From Squalus acanthias (Eukaryota): a DNA stretch of 64,000 bases. Below the pieces are notes generated by a model that was given only the letters and a program-made list of their open reading frames with translations, made no database searches and was not told where the DNA came from. Of the stretch, positions 63,278 to 64,000 are shown in pieces; position 1 is the stretch's first letter, and each line of letters starts with the position of its first letter. The translations under genes were made by a program, and so were the position numbers. Location: the NCBI GenBank assembly GCA_030390025.1, contig CM059431.1, forward strand, positions 150,786,001 to 150,850,000, given 5' to 3'.

Positions 63278-64000
63278 CCTTGGGGAGGAGCGATCATAAT
63301 ATGATAGAATTCTTCATTAAGATGGAGAGTGAATCAGTTGACTCAGAAACTAGGGTCCTGAATTTAAATTAAAAAAACTACGATGGTGTGAGGCGCGAAT
63401 TGGCTAGGATGGATTAGGGAACGTTACTTAAAGGGTTGATGGTGGATAGGCAATGGCAAACATTTAAAGATCGCATGAATGAACTACAGAATTTGTTCAT
63501 CCCAGATCGGCATTAAAAAAAAGGTGACTCAAGCGTGGCTAACAAGGGAAATTAGGGATAGCATAAGAGCCAAGGAGAGGACATATAAATTGGCCAGAAA
63601 AAGCAGCAAACCTGAGGATTGGGAGCAGTTTAGGATTCAGCAAAGGAGAACAAAGGGATTAATTAAGAGGGGGAGAATAGAGTATGAGAGTAAGCTTGCT
63701 GGGAACATAAAAACTGACTGTAAAAGCTTCTATAGATATGTAAAGCTAAAAAGATTAGTGAAGTCAAGCGTAGGTCCCTTGCAGTCAGAATCAGGGGAAT
63801 TTATAATGGGGAACAAAGAAATGGCGGACCAATTAAATACATACTTTGGTTCTGTCTTCACAAAGGAGGACACAAATAACCTCCCAGAGATGTCAGGGGA
63901 TATAGGGTCTAATGAGAGGGAACAACTGAATTAAATCAGTATTTGGAGGGAAATGGTGTTCGGGAAATTGACAAGATTGAAGGCCGATAAATCACCAGGG
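63278..64000 (+). mobile_element. CR1 LINE endonuclease-end/tether fragment, runs off the window
   Basis: LGRSDHNMIEF, KSFYRYVK, YFGSVFT, DKSPG. Confidence 0.9.

Overview
Repeat-dense vertebrate genomic DNA. The repeat complement (CR1 LINEs, Deu-domain SINEs, Penelope-like elements) and the style of the NLR gene point to a cartilaginous fish (shark or ray); this is an inference. Two host genes can be reconstructed by hand, arranged head to head. (1) A minus-strand, 7-coding-exon NLR-family gene (6022-14354, about 680 aa). It has HD1, WHD, HD2 and RI-type LRRs, but the whole nucleotide-binding domain (Walker A, Walker B, sensor 1) is missing in frame, and no death-fold domain is visible. (2) A plus-strand, 2-exon GCNT3-like beta-1,6-N-acetylglucosaminyltransferase (54921-59393) with a single +1 frameshift near 59050. 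The rest is mostly transposon-derived: many CR1 LINEs including a three-level nested stack (42918-54000), L2 and RTE fragments, Penelope-like elements (one a hairpin with minimal hammerhead ribozyme cores), a solo LTR inside a SINE, hairpin-rich MITE-like elements, a 25-bp satellite, a 33-bp minisatellite born inside a CR1, microsatellites and a 500-N gap. All family assignments come from motif recognition by eye, not database searches.
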